From: Marsupella aquatica
Taxonomy: Eukaryota; Plantae; Marchantiophyta
Direction of reading: 5' to 3'
DNA: 64,000 nt
NCBI GenBank assembly: GCA_973895155.1
Contig: OZ316894.1
Span: 7,650,234 to 7,714,233 of the forward strand
In this document: positions 50,619-64,000 of the stretch, one piece after another
How the letters are laid out: the number at the start of each line of letters is the position of its first letter
Numbering within the stretch: the first letter of the stretch is position 1
Notes under the pieces: model-generated
Databases searched by the model: none
What the model was told of the DNA's origin: nothing
What the model saw: the letters and a program-made list of their open reading frames with translations, nothing else
Translations under genes and position numbers: made by a program

Positions 50619-53600
50619 AGTCGAGAACAGCTCGCTGAAGTAGAGGGAGATCTGTAGATACACGGAGAGTTGAAGGATGGAAGCATTTGAAACCACACGA
50701 CAAAGGAGAAATCGACTTATTCGCAAAGGAACTCTGTTGTTTGCGTATTGGAAGTAAACTAGTGTGTATGTGACTGGAGCAAATTGTATAAATTGTCACC
50801 TGAAGAATATCTTCCCAGTTGACGACCGGCCACCGAGTAAGACTAAATAGAACTGATGACAATTAAAGTACCAGAGTTCTAGGTTTGGGGACGTCCTTGT
50901 CTGAGTTTGGATGTACCCAAGTACCAGGGCCCGATTAGCTCTGACTTGGGTTGAGCCAGGCCATGTTGCCTGTGGCCAGCTTGTCTGGTGTATATTCTGG
51001 GATTGGAAAGTCTTATAAAGATGTAATCTATGGATATTGGAGATCTCGTCTTTCACAGCTCCTTTGATGTTGATTCCTTTCCTGCTTGAACCTCGGTTTA
51101 AACGACCAAACCTGGCCTAGGTCTGAATTTACGCAAAGCTCTGGTGAACCATGGGTGTTTTGTTTGTTCGTTTCGACAGGAAAGACGAGCCGCCCGCAGC
51201 TGTATTCCACGCAAACGCAAGACGAACATAATTGCTCCTAAACAAAACAATAGTTTGAGGCACGACGAACACAATTGCCCCTAAACACAAGCATTAGTTT
51301 TTACAGGTTTAAGGAATTAATATGCTTTGTTCCTTCCACTTCTGGGTAATCCTAGTTGATTTCCCTTCTGAGTTCAAGTGCCCTAGCTACCGTGTAGGGT
51401 TTTTGTATCCTACTCCTTTAAGGTCCCCTGGTCAATATTATGGTTTGGGGAGTCTTAAGCTCTGCCATGTAGACAGTTTGTGGCTTAATTATAGCCCCAT
51501 GCTCCTACACTGAAAAGATATTAAGGCATCTTATGTGTCCATGCGAGAAGGTTGCCTCGACTATATGCATGTTACAATTATGTTATTGAGTGTGCAAGTT
51601 TAGTGTACGTAAATGAGTTTGAATAATATGATGCATAAGATGTTTCATACAAATGTAATGTTCCTGTGTTTAATGCCTGTGCATCGCACCACATCCATGT
51701 AGTCATGTTGTCATTGGTGTGGCAGAACCTCTGCATGGCATAGAAATGTGAAAGTGCGGCAAATATCTGCAGGTGGGGATTGTTGATATAATCATGCAAT
51801 CATTTCAGCCATATAGTCATTGGTCCAAGAGTGCCCAACCATGCATTGCACAGAAATATTAAGGGGAAGCAAAGAATTGCAAGTGAGACACAAAAGTGTT
51901 GTCATTGCAGTTGCATTACCTATACAGTGGTGGGTGCAAATATCTCATAGTTTTGATGAAGTGGTTGTTGTTACGGAGATGTCATCATTTTGGTCAAAGT
52001 TGTTGTAAGTTGTGACAGTGTTGTTGTTATGGAGAGCAAGAGCAAGGGCAAGGGGCCGGTGATGTGAGACAGGTGACAATAGCTGGGGTGCTACAAACTC
52101 CAAGCATGGTTGTGCTATAGGAGTAAAAACCAATTATCTGTTTATTTTGTTTTCTCTCTTCCCCCTTTCGTTTTATTCTTCATTAATCACAGGCAGGCAC
52201 GAGGCAGCTTGGGCAAGCAAGTCAGGCAATGGTGTATGGGTGGATTTGACAATGCATAAAACAAAATCAAAAATCTGGCGGAAGGCCAGGATTTATCCCA
52301 CTTTGTTTCATTTTTCTAAACAAACAATCTCCCATTTTTGGCAGGATTGCTTCTTATAATCTTTCATTGATAGCCCAATGCCCAAGCATTGCATAATTGT
52401 CATTCCTGCCATGTTGTCATTCCGGCAATCCCCAAACATTGCACAGAAACTTTCAAGGTGAGGCAAAGAACTGTTCGTGAGGTAGGGAAAAGTTATTGTT
52501 CCAGCCGTATCCTCTCCACTCATGTTGTGGTTGTGAAAGTGCTGTCATTTTGGTTGGGTGTTTGTTGTTGCAAAAGTGATGTTGTTAGGAAGGGGAGGGT
52601 GAGACAGGGATGCTGCAAGGTCCAGGTGCGGTCATGCCGCACTAGTGGAGGGAGAAGTTTTCCCTTTGTTTGCTTCCTTTTCCTATGTTTTCCCTTTCCA
52701 CGCACTCCTCTCCTCTTACGGCAGCCAGGTAGGCAGATGAGGAGAGGAGGGCAGGCAGGGCAAACAAGCGGGCAGATGTACTGCAATGGTACGCATACTG
52801 TGTGAGGCATATCATAGTGTCAAGGGTATCTGGCATCAGGTGTACTGCATGAGGTGTACTGAGGCATCAGCATCAGGCATACCGCATCGGTTGTGAAGGA
52901 CTACCTCAAACAGGTCAATACAACTTGCTTTTGTGCAAAGTTTTCTTGGAATGCTCTTTGCGTGAAACTGTGGCCCATGTCCTCCTTGTCACGCACAATC
53001 TGCTCCTGGCTAAGTTGAAAGAGATAGGCACTGACTCTGGTATTCGGTCATGATGCCGCCCTTCATCTGCAAAGTCTCCAAGCCTGTATTTTGTTCACAA
53101 ATTATGAGGTGTGCTACTCTCGACAGAATCTGTGAATAAATTTTACAAATCATCAGAAATTTGTTCTGCAACAAGACTTCCCGGGTAACACCTCAAAATA
53201 TGACATATACGACATCCCTCCATACCATGGTAAACCTTGTTATCTTCCTTAAATCAATGAGTGAAGTGCACACAGTATATTACCACTTTTTGATGTGTGA
53301 TGACCAGCAGGGAAGACTTTCTGTAGATAATGAGCTGTTTCATAATTAGTATGAGCTATGCTGTCTATCAGTAGTTTGATGATTACTCTAAGCAGATCCA
53401 GCTTCAAAGGCAGTTTTTCTGTCAGTCTACAAAACAGAATTACTCTCTGTTGAATGGACATTCTGTCATCAGTCTAGACCAAGGTCAGAAATTAAGTCTT
53501 GAAGACCTGTCCATTGTGATCGTTGAGGACTACCCTGGCGTCTATCAGACTGAAGCTGATGGAAAGCATCACCAGCCAAGCCATGGTACTTCGTCATTGA

Positions 53601-53678
53601 CAAACCATGTTGAAAGGACAGCAATGCGTTTGGAGTGACACCTAACAAAGTACATTGTTTGGGGAATAGTTCTTCTTG

Positions 53679-53732
53679 GAGTCCGGTAGCTGAGAACAGG
53701 AGTCCGGTAGCTGGGAGTCCGGTAGCTGAGAA
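53679..53732. repeat. Short tandem repeat gagtccggtagctg (3 copies)
   Basis: Direct reading. Confidence 0.8.
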
Positions 53733-54632
53733 CGCAGAGCGATAAAACAACTGACGCTTTCCTTGGATGGAAGAGAGAGAGTACTTTCCTTGGAGAAAGG
53801 GGAAGGACCGGAACTCAAAAATAGAAAGAGCACTCCATTGCCAAAATAGCACGCAGTTGCCCCAAAACTTCTCAAACTAAATTCCACCTGAGACAAAGTT
53901 AGACAAGATTCTGGGGGCCTAAATTACTCCCACTTTTCAGTGCCAGCATAGCAGCTCTTCTGCATTAGGTCAGTTAGCAGTCCATCACCATTCTTGTGTC
54001 GATCACTTTTCTTGCAGTTATAAAACACTTAAAGTGGCAACGAGATAGGCAATAACTTAGGCGCTTTCATGACACACTCACAGCCTTTCTCCTGATTATC
54101 TGTATGTAATGTCAGGGTCATTTAACTCGAGGATTTCCTATTGTCCTTTATGTCCCTTCTTCCTTGTTTGTTTTGACTGTTTGACCTTTGTTTTATGAGC
54201 CTGAATGCCCAAGCTCGTCACGAGTAATTGATGAAATCTCAGTTGACCATGTTTTCACACTGCCTCATTGCCCCATATATGATTTACGGTCCTTTCGTGA
54301 TTACATCACCTAAACGTTTATCCCCCATGAATTTTTTCTCATGTAATTTAAAGTGTTTCAGTCAAGTTTTAATAAATAGATATCATGTTATAAATAAGGC
54401 CAGTTATGGGTGCATAAATTGCTCACGTTCAAATGGCTCCTTCGAGGCCTCTAGAACTCTCATAAACCCAAACAACTCCACAAGTACAAGTATTAAAGAC
54501 AACTTACCTCGTGGATTACTCGCCTGACCGGCTGCGCAACTTACAAAGGGTTTTACAGCGTTTCAGTTAATGTGGAGATTTGTATCCGTCAGAATACCCT
54601 CCTCAATTCTCAACATGGATTTGCTGGAAAGA

Positions 54633-54755
54633 AGAATCGCATGTTCCAGCCAGATTACACATGACCGACCAATTGGCGTATTTCGTGAGAACCCGAATCG
54701 CATGTTCCAGCCAGATTACACGTAACCGACCAATTGGAGTCTTTCGTGAAGAACC
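54633..54755. repeat. ~62-bp tandem duplication
   Basis: gaatcgcatgttccagc.cagattacac...accgaccaattgg...tttcgtga twice. Confidence 0.8.
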
Positions 54756-55976
54756 CGCTACCGATTATCATGTACTAGAAGACTTTTCTATGGAGATGAA
54801 TTGCTCAATGTACTCGTCTACATCCCCAACATGTCCACAACGTGAGGCGTTCCAATTGAAGACACTCTGGCACTATCCACCTCTTTTGAACAACTTATGA
54901 GGAGACAATCTGGCTTGGTGAAGAGTTGACATTTTACGGTAATTACGAACTCCACCACGCTCCAGCTCCGTCATCAAACACTACTTTCCCAAATAAGTAT
55001 GTCATCTACTGGCAGCCCTGTCATTTCCATCCACTGTTGCTGACAGGCTTCAAAGCAATTGATATACAAAAAACTCAATTCGATCGAATAGTTAGGAAAG
55101 GCAACCGTATAAGTTTACCATCTTATACGTCTACCAACTCCAGCATCCGAGATTTTCACCAATATTACCATTCAGCGTACCTAACTCAACTCCTCGGATG
55201 TCACAAACAACAAGAGCAAACTTCAGTGTACGAACAAATCTGGTAGACTATCCCCTCCTAATACGCCAAGCTAAGATACATAGAACAAAAAGAAGTCCAC
55301 TTCAAGACTATCATTCTTGTTTGCGTCAATGTAACGTGACAGGAGGTCGTAAGACAGACCGAAGCCTTTGCAAGACGGGAACAATGGTGTAAAGCCCTTA
55401 AGGCTGCTGTAGAAGGGTTACTACATGAGGATTTCACAAGCAACCTCAATTGAGTCCACAATAGTGTCCAAGGTGACACATCTGCACGATTGCAAAACTA
55501 CTTGCAATCCACTAAGTCCTACTCTTCACATATGGTACATCTGGTGGCATCTAACTAAGGTTCTGGCATTATAAAGAAGAACAAGACAGGTTTGTCTAGC
55601 TGCAATAGACTAAGCTTCGCGTCCCAGCATCTTTAACATAAGGAGGAGTAACAGCTGCGGAAAGCTCTCAACAAGTCTACCGCATGTTGAATAGCTTCAG
55701 GGTTTCAAAACCAGACGCATTAGGCAGCGTAAGTACCTGAACCCTTGACCATGCCAGACACTTTTGCTTCCTGGTCCCGGGTGACTAATACAAAAAAACA
55801 CTGATACGGTTGAGCATGAAGTCAATAATTTCGTTACTTATTACATATGGTACACGTTTGAGAGAACCCCCGGTGTGAAGATGTGTTCCCTGCTGATGTG
55901 CCTTAACCAAGGGCTTGACGCCTAACAGCCAGATAACAGCTGTATCTGTTTGGCAAGATCTCTCAACCGAATTCAA

Positions 55977-58900
55977 CTAGTCCTTTGGAGTATCTTTTCC
56001 TCCGGTCTGTATAAGCAGATCATAGTTGATTGATGCAAGCTGTGATAAATTCTGCACATTACATTCAAATACAATCACATATCAGAAAGAAAGAGATCAG
56101 TGGCAAGCCCGCCCTGATATTTCAAAAGATGTTTAGGAGAAATGCGAAATGCACAGCAATAGCATGATTGATCAAATATATAATCAGGAGAGATCACCTC
56201 ATGCAAAAGTACTACTCTTTCTGTTCCAGAAACTAACTAGTCAATGGATAAAATCCTCACCTTAAACGAAAAATTGCTAAATGTATACTTTCCCACAGGC
56301 GTTGACTCAAATTCGGTCATTTCACGATATTCATCCCCCTGCACAAGAGATACGATACGCTTTCAATTGCTATGACTACAGAAAAAATATGTAGCAACCA
56401 GATATCTACTGTAGGTACTGGATGCTAAAATTCTGATTAGGTGTTTCTATCCAACTTGGATATATAGCGGTTCTTACTATAACTATCATGAATCAAAAGA
56501 ATAGCAAGAGGGACTTCACCCCTTCTTCTGGCCTGGTCTCCAGAGAACCACTGCTCCCCCCATTACTGCTGCTTTCATAATCTGAGGAGTCCCCAAACTC
56601 TTCTTCCGGAAAAACACGCCCATCTGTCGAGCTCCACATGTGGCGTGATGTGAAGTAACTGGTGTCATGAGCAGTATCGGGGCTTGGAACAAAAGCGGCC
56701 TGGAGTCATCACAAGCCAAGGAACCAAGAATTAATCGAGGAAATAGTGCCAGTGCCAGTCATTGACCACAATGATAGTTTTCAGATGCACACATGCCGTG
56801 ACCCTTCAAGGAACTACCACACACACTGCTCGAACTAGAACGTTCACTCATGGACTCCTGAGCAAACTCCTAGAACAAGAGGTGGTGGCATGACTGGTAC
56901 AATAAGGCCCATTTGGCTATCAGGGATTGGACAATAGACTTTGCCGGAATATGTTACGAAAAAAACCAGCTGAAGCACGCTTACGACCAGGAACCATGAC
57001 ATTCACCACACCAGTATGAGACAAGGGTAGCTCTGCCCTGTGCTTTCCTGGGACAATACCAATCTTTTTCTTTGCAACGCATGAATCGATGCGTTTAATG
57101 TAGACCCCTCTCTGACATCAACGACGACTAGGGAAGTCACAAACCTTCTGCCGCGCAAGAGTATCCCAATTTATATCCTTAAAAAAGGGATGCGCTTTCA
57201 CCTGCAGAGAAATGAGTAAGTCAGTACATGGCGAATCGTCACTCCATTACAACAATAATCAAGGATAGGACAAGAGGCCTGACAGGTGTGTTTGCCCACA
57301 TAACTTACCTCTTTAGCTCCCTTTGCACCAAGTCGCTCATTGGGGTCCTCTCTAAGAAGCCTACACAAATCAGAGCATGTTTTAATTCTCAAATTTATGT
57401 CACCTCACTCTGCTTGCATCATTCTTCCCCTTGACGCTTGTCGAGTAACGCATGTAGTGAAAGCACACACAAGATACTGAAAATTTTTCAGAATAACTGA
57501 ATAATCTCCCACTTCAACTCCTACATAGGAGTCTGGTTACATTGCAGTTATTGGACTTCAAGAGAGAGATCGACGAAACAAATTATGCTTTTAAGTTAAG
57601 GCCTGAAAAGTGTCCAACGCTACTCTAATTTTTACAATATTTCAAGGCGGCCGCGCCCGCGTAGAAATCTCTACTTGACTCATTCTTTCGACTCTGCCTA
57701 ATTGGCAAAATCCCTGATAGAGGTGATGTCATATGAATAATCCTCGATCTACAAACATATCATGTCAGTTGTCGAGTTTCTCGCCATGGGACATCAACAA
57801 CTGCAGGAGATCCTACCACTAATCATTGATCTGAAGTGAGTCGTAATAAGGGCTTACTTATCAATGAGATCCTGTGCCTCATAAGACATATCTTCGGGAA
57901 CCTCGGGCCATGGTATGTTGCGATTCAGGATATTGTCAAATATGATCTGCACGAATGAAATACACAACTTCAACATCGTACTAAAAAAAACCCAGATATA
58001 ATCGGTATCTTTCTGTCAAGAGAAGCTGCCAGGACCAACCGTTAACTCCGAAGCATTTACTCAAATTTGATTTCCAAACCGCCAATATATGTAAACAACG
58101 CCTCCTATACTCACGATAAGGTAACCTTGTTCAGTTCACGTCTTAAGACGACACCAAAATCTATTGGGATCCACTCTGGAATCTGTGCTAGCCAACGACA
58201 ACACATGGAAACAAAATCCGGACTAATCTAACTGACGATGCTGTCTGACCATGTCATACATCCAGCTCCATATATGTCGTCTTAGTGTCCATTTGAATCC
58301 CAAAGAATCAAATAAACAATTAATAACTAGGACAGGAACTAGGTTACATCCCACTCGATGGGCTCGAAAACATAAATTAAAAAGACCCAAACCTATTGAC
58401 GACTGTAATGTACAGAAAGAGGTCCAGTTGGTCTCACATGGAGTCAATGGTAGTAAAACAACAAACCCCAGGTAGATACCACGAGGCTGAAACGTACAAA
58501 TCTATAGCAAAGGGGCACAGTACGCATGATATTGGTCAAACCTGAGGATGCTCAGCATTGAACGGTGGAATGCGAGTGAGGAACTCGAACAGGATTACTC
58601 CAGTGGACCACCAATCAGCAGGTGTACCTGTCGATGTCTTACATTAGTTGAAGCAGAAAAGCCATCTACAAAATGAAGAGTTCTCAGATAGCTACATATC
58701 CCTAGCACTGACATGTTACAAAGATTACACTTGCCATTTCTGCGATCCAGAAATCAAACTCACCGTGTCCAGTTCCAAGTAAAATTTCAGGGGCCAGATA
58801 ATCTGGAGTCCCCACGGCAGACTGCTGCTGACGCCTCTCTCGCTGCTTGGCGTACTCTGCTGGAGGAAAAGATTCTTCTACTTGCATTGCAGTTTTTGCA

Positions 58901-61900
58901 GCTGGTCCAGATAAATCATCTGTGCTGTTGATGAGACCAACTCTTGAAAGCCCGAAGTCTGTAAGCTGCAGCAGGGTTGCCAAAAACAGAATTGAAAAGT
59001 TGTCTTCCGACACAAAATAACTGCTGATAGAGACGGGGTTCATTAATGATTTCAAACTCTAAACCAAAACACAGGGTTGTGTGACTAGCATGGAATCACT
59101 GACATCTCTGCAAATTCAAGAGCAGCAGTAAAAGAAAAACATCTCACTTTAATGTGGCCATCGTGGGCTATGAGAAGATTATCTGGTTTCAAGTCCCTGT
59201 GTACTACTCCCAGAGAATGTAAGTACTCGAGCGCAAGCACCTGCAAAGGACGCAACCAAATCCAGCACTTCAATCGCATCACATTCTTCTGAGCAGTGGT
59301 TACATCATGATTTGGGTTGCGGTTAACGCCCGCACAAGGTGGACAATCTATAACCCAGTAAAACACCGTCTCACCCACGCCTTCGAAAATTTTAGTCTTG
59401 CGCCCCGTACCTACATACGCTCGTCTTGAAATCTTACCAATTCAGCTATGTAGACACGTGCCATTTCCTCCTCCAGGCATCCTAGAGATCTGAGCATTGA
59501 GTAGAGGTCTCCTCCATTTAAATACTCCATTACGAGATAGAGATTATCTCGGCAGGTGAAAGAGTAGAAAAACCGCACCTGCAGCAGTCAGCCAAAGCCA
59601 CTCTTGAAAACATCCTAAAACCTAACATTCCTAGAAATTAGGCAATATCACAGTATGCAACGAGAAAGCGACTGTTAAAAAAATAAATGTAAGTAGTACA
59701 TATATTTTTGGAACGATGAGGGGAGGCTCACCACAAATGGGTTGCGGGCATGTATGAGAATATTCCGTTCTGCTTGGACGCTTTCCACCGCATTCTTCCT
59801 TATCATGTCTACTTTCCTGAGAACCTGCAACCGGACGTATTCATCAAATGTAGAACATGATGCCTGATCTAGAATGCCCAATCGAGGATAGCTCTTACAC
59901 ATGCACAATTAAATGCACAACGCCTTCCCTCCTCAGTAAAATATTTCAACAATTCCCCGTCAATTCCGATTTTGCCATGGCACACCGACAAGCTTCTGGA
60001 TAGTCACCACTAACCTTAATAGCAAAAAGGTCACCTGTAATCCTTTTCCTGGCTAAAAACACCCTCCCAAAAGCACCACGGCTGATAGGCTTTATAATCT
60101 CAAAGTCATCAATGGTTGTTCGATCCTTGTAAGCAGCTGATGGGTGCACTGGGGTGGACTTCGAACTCGTAAACCGATCCTCTTCAATGTCGTCATCAAG
60201 CATACTACTTGCAGCATCGAGGCTATTTTGCTCTGCTGCCTCAGCTACCACCTGGTACTTCTCCCTGCCAACAAACGAAACATTACACTATGCCCGATCA
60301 AAACGCTGCGACAAGCATCAATGGAGAACGTAGTACCTACTCAAATGACGAGTTTTCTGGTGACGACCTGGATTGCTAAGGCCAGAGGATGTGACTTTGA
60401 AAGGTAAATTAATGCCTAACTACGGAGGTCAAAATTGACATACCAAATTCTAGGCTTTAGTAAATATCCTTATAAGCCGCTCACGTGCTCATGTGCACAT
60501 CTTAAAAAGTATCACCCCAAGACAGAAGAAGTAGGATTCTCCACAAGGCGGAGTAAAAACCTTTCCATGGGCAAATCCTTGTAGTGAATAAAGAAGTGAA
60601 TAAGTTTTCCCTGATGAATGTACCTTAGTAATTTTGCAATGCGCTTTCCAAAAGTATCCACTGTACGCGCCTCAACTTTATTGTGCTGCATTACTTCAGT
60701 GAGGTCTTGCATGCAGGAAACTATATACTGCACAGAGCCGAAATCACCTGGATTTGTGTTCGCTACACAGTGAGCTATGTCTGCCAACTCATTCATCTGC
60801 AATTACAATAATGCCAACCAGTTCTCCAATCATTTATCGAGGTAAGAGGACAAGAACATGAAGGTAAGGAAGTATAGACCAGATGGCCCAACGAGCTTCA
60901 CATCCAGAACGAACAAAAATGATAAAAGTGTGCATGGGAGAGAGCCCGAGTGCGAAAGCATAAAATTTTGTCGTCCTTTTCTATGCAACCAAAAAGTGTG
61001 AGCGTAAGGTTAACAGGCAGAGAGCCCCAACCTGCATGGGATCTCCTGGCTCAACGAGACTGCTTCGATCAGGTGCAAGCACTTGGTCAAGACTATTAGT
61101 CCTTGAAGCAATTAGAGGAGAGCGAGGAGTCAAACTGCCTCCTGACGATGAAGCCATACCCGAATCAGACTTTGGGCCGAAGCGAGTTTTAGGATTGAAA
61201 TTTCCGTCGATACTGGCAGCATCGATCTCATGTAGATCTTCCAGCATATCTTGAGAATTCCTACGGTTCAGACTGCTTGACCCGTCAAACATTAATAAAC
61301 TTCCATCCCCTGCAGTCCCTCCTGGAGCAGGACCTTGATCCGGACTTCCGCTGGCACCTATTTGGGGGATCTTCGGAGGACAACTTTCCAACATCTTCTC
61401 CAGTGTTTCTGCTAGTCTCTTTAATCGGTCGTCTATACCTAGAGATTTGAGATCACACCTGTCGGCACATGCACAGACACGCGAATGCTCTTCTAGAACT
61501 GCAGTCGGCACTTCCTCTTCACAGATTCTGCAGATGACCATATAAGGGTCATCGACCAGTCCTGGTTGATCCCCCCAGTAACCCCATGAGAGTCTGTGTT
61601 GTATTGAAGGTGTATGTAATGAAGGCGTACTACTCTGGCCACTATTATTTCTAGTAAGCGATGAAGCTCCATCGTCTCTGTCAACTTGAACCTGTAAGTC
61701 CCGCTTCGATATGCCACGACTGGCTGCCTTGCTTTCACTATCAGCTCGTGCAGAATCCGGAGTAGATGGCATCACTGGCGAAGGACGAGAACCATCTGAT
61801 TGGTTTGTGAATTTTCTCCATGATGCCAGACGATCTGCTATGAGGGAATCAACTTCAGTTTTGACCTTCTCTTGTCTCAAGGTAGAACTCTTTAACCCAA

Positions 61901-64000
61901 TAACAGATGGCTTGCTCTTCTCGACAGATGATGAAGTCCCTTCATCTTTCCTTTTGTCCACACGCTTCGCTTTGTCCAGAATGGGGAGAGGTGGAGAGGG
62001 TCCCAGAGTCTTGGATTTTAGGTTTTCCTTCGATGCCGGTGCCTCGGCTACAATGCCCTTTCCCTTTGAAAGATTATTCCTCTTGCTCGTTATTGTTTGA
62101 ATTGTGGTTGTGGTTGTGGTCCATGCCGTATCCAAGGTTGGACTTACTTTGTTCAGTTGCTGTGACTTATGAGTGAGAGTTTTCTCTTCCTCGAGACCGT
62201 TTACCTTTTGAAATTGTAATAGACGGGTACACCGAGTAAGAATAAAGAGCATGCGTGTGTGCAGCTGCTTCAGAATTCCCATAGGCAAAACTTGACGCTT
62301 ATCGTCAAGATCCTGCACAAATCTTTCACAGTGCTTCCGGAATTCTGTGGGCTTCATTAATGTACAGTGTCTAGCCAGAACCAGAATGTCCTCAGCTTTC
62401 TCTTGCCATTCGGCAGGTTGATTTGCATTCTTTTCAAGAATCTCGACCAAGTCCCCCGCAAAGACCTCAAGTTCGTTATTTACTTCCTCTTTTGCCGAGT
62501 TGAATCTCGCCCGTAGGGCCTCTAAAATCTTCTGCAGTAGAAAAGCATAGCAAAATAGTTTCAATAAAGGCCGGAACGCTCAGAAGGTCAACCTAGAAAA
62601 AGGAGTCAACTTCATAGGAAACATTTCTGCGAGTCAAAAAACCTTGACAGGGTAAAACAACAAAATGGAACTGCGGATACCAAACCTCCAAATCATTGAA
62701 GCTATGAGACTTCCAGAAATCATGTGACCTAACGCCCTTTGGATCCAACTCGTGGGAGTAACTCTTGATATCATTATACTTCTTCTTCCGGGGGCCTGTT
62801 GTCATCCGCAGCAATGCTTGAAATCTTGGCGACTCTGTCTCCTTCGGTGTGTCTGTAGGACTGACAGTCTGGCTTGTTGGACTCTGCTATCGACAAAAAA
62901 GGATAATTAGGGCCAAGCATCAAAGAATTAAACCCAACCATGAGAAGTTCCAAACAGAGATAAAGCACTCCGTTCCAGTCGGTCGACAACTGTTTACCAA
63001 TTCACTTCTGCATCGTGTTCACTTTCATCGCAGAAATAAGCAGTAAACGAAGGACAATTATTACTGAAATCCCACCGAACCTAGTAGGATTAAGAATTGC
63101 TTATGCCCTTACCTCGCCTTCTTGAAGGCTTGCATCCGAACTTTTGATGCTCTCCATGTCAGCATCGATGGCAGACTCGCGAGGAATCGGCTTATCTGCA
63201 AGACCTGCTCCATCGCACACAAGTACTTAGCGTTCATCGCTTCGCAAGGGATAATGGGTATGATAGAAGTCCTCCATTCTGAAGGCCAGCTACATACTGG
63301 TATCAACGTCTAGAACAGGCCTACATATCGGTCTAATTTGCTGGACGGTAAAACTCGACAAGCAGTAAGATCATCTGGTTAACTGTAGCTATGGAACAGT
63401 GCGGCATGGTAAATCCCGACGACAACTTTTCTTGCACTTCGGCGAGTGAGACTCAACATCTTGAAGGATCGAGAAGTCGAGCGATTATCTTGAAAGGACG
63501 AGAGTAGCCAACACTCGTCACCAATCAATTACAGTGCTACCAAGAATTCGAGTAGGGAAATGCATCCATGAAATCCAATCAGACTAGTCCGCTCTTTAAG
63601 GGGATATGCATCCACGACATTCCATAAAAATGGTCCACGTGCAAATTTCAGCTCGCTGTTTCTGTGACCGGTACGACACGACCAGTGGAAGATACGAATA
63701 CCCGCAAAACAGACTAAAAATAGGATGCACGGCGCCGGAGCGTTCCGGATGGGATCTTGCGGAGAAATATTGCGCTATTAAGCAAATTAGAGATTCACGA
63801 AACTCCAAATGCTAAAAAATGCAAACAGGCAAGACAAAGGACGAAAACCATCTAAACCACAAAAAAATCAGGATCTTATGTATCTTTTCCCGTACACTGT
63901 GCAGCTGAGTAAGGTGTCCGGCTGCTCCATTTCTTCAGTTTGTGCAAGCCTGGTGACTCCATAGCAATTGTCAGGCCCACCTGGCCTCCCCTATCCTACT
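55977..64000 (-). CDS. IRE/IREH1-type (MAST-like) AGC Ser/Thr kinase, 5' partial. Multi-exon; largest exon ~62531-61033; last exon 56051-55977
   Basis: [141 protein letters not shown]. Confidence 0.95.

Overview
Eukaryotic, intron-rich land-plant nuclear DNA. Gene architecture suggests a bryophyte, possibly a liverwort, but this is an inference. Host genes reconstructed by hand from GT-AG exon phases: a 5'-partial USP-like/kinase gene whose kinase domain is heavily degenerate (+), type II peroxiredoxin (-), an intronless DUF2985/PLAC8 membrane protein with an NPF-rich tail (+), mitochondrial-type ribosomal protein L31 (+) directly followed by a small conserved plant protein (+), dCMP deaminase (+), catalase (+) and an IRE/IREH1-type AGC kinase running off the right end (-). 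The most notable region is an ~11.4 kb segment (about 24.9-36.3 kb) bounded by long inverted repeats. It carries an apparently intact, 6-exon, 764-aa DDE transposase with Kolobok-like motifs and an inserted SAP/Rho_N-like module, facing two tandem paralogous small genes whose C-termini resemble KolX / the P2X7 ballast domain. A second highlight is a candidate bicistronic transcript (L31 ORF plus downstream gene). Family assignments come from motif recognition only; no database searches were run.
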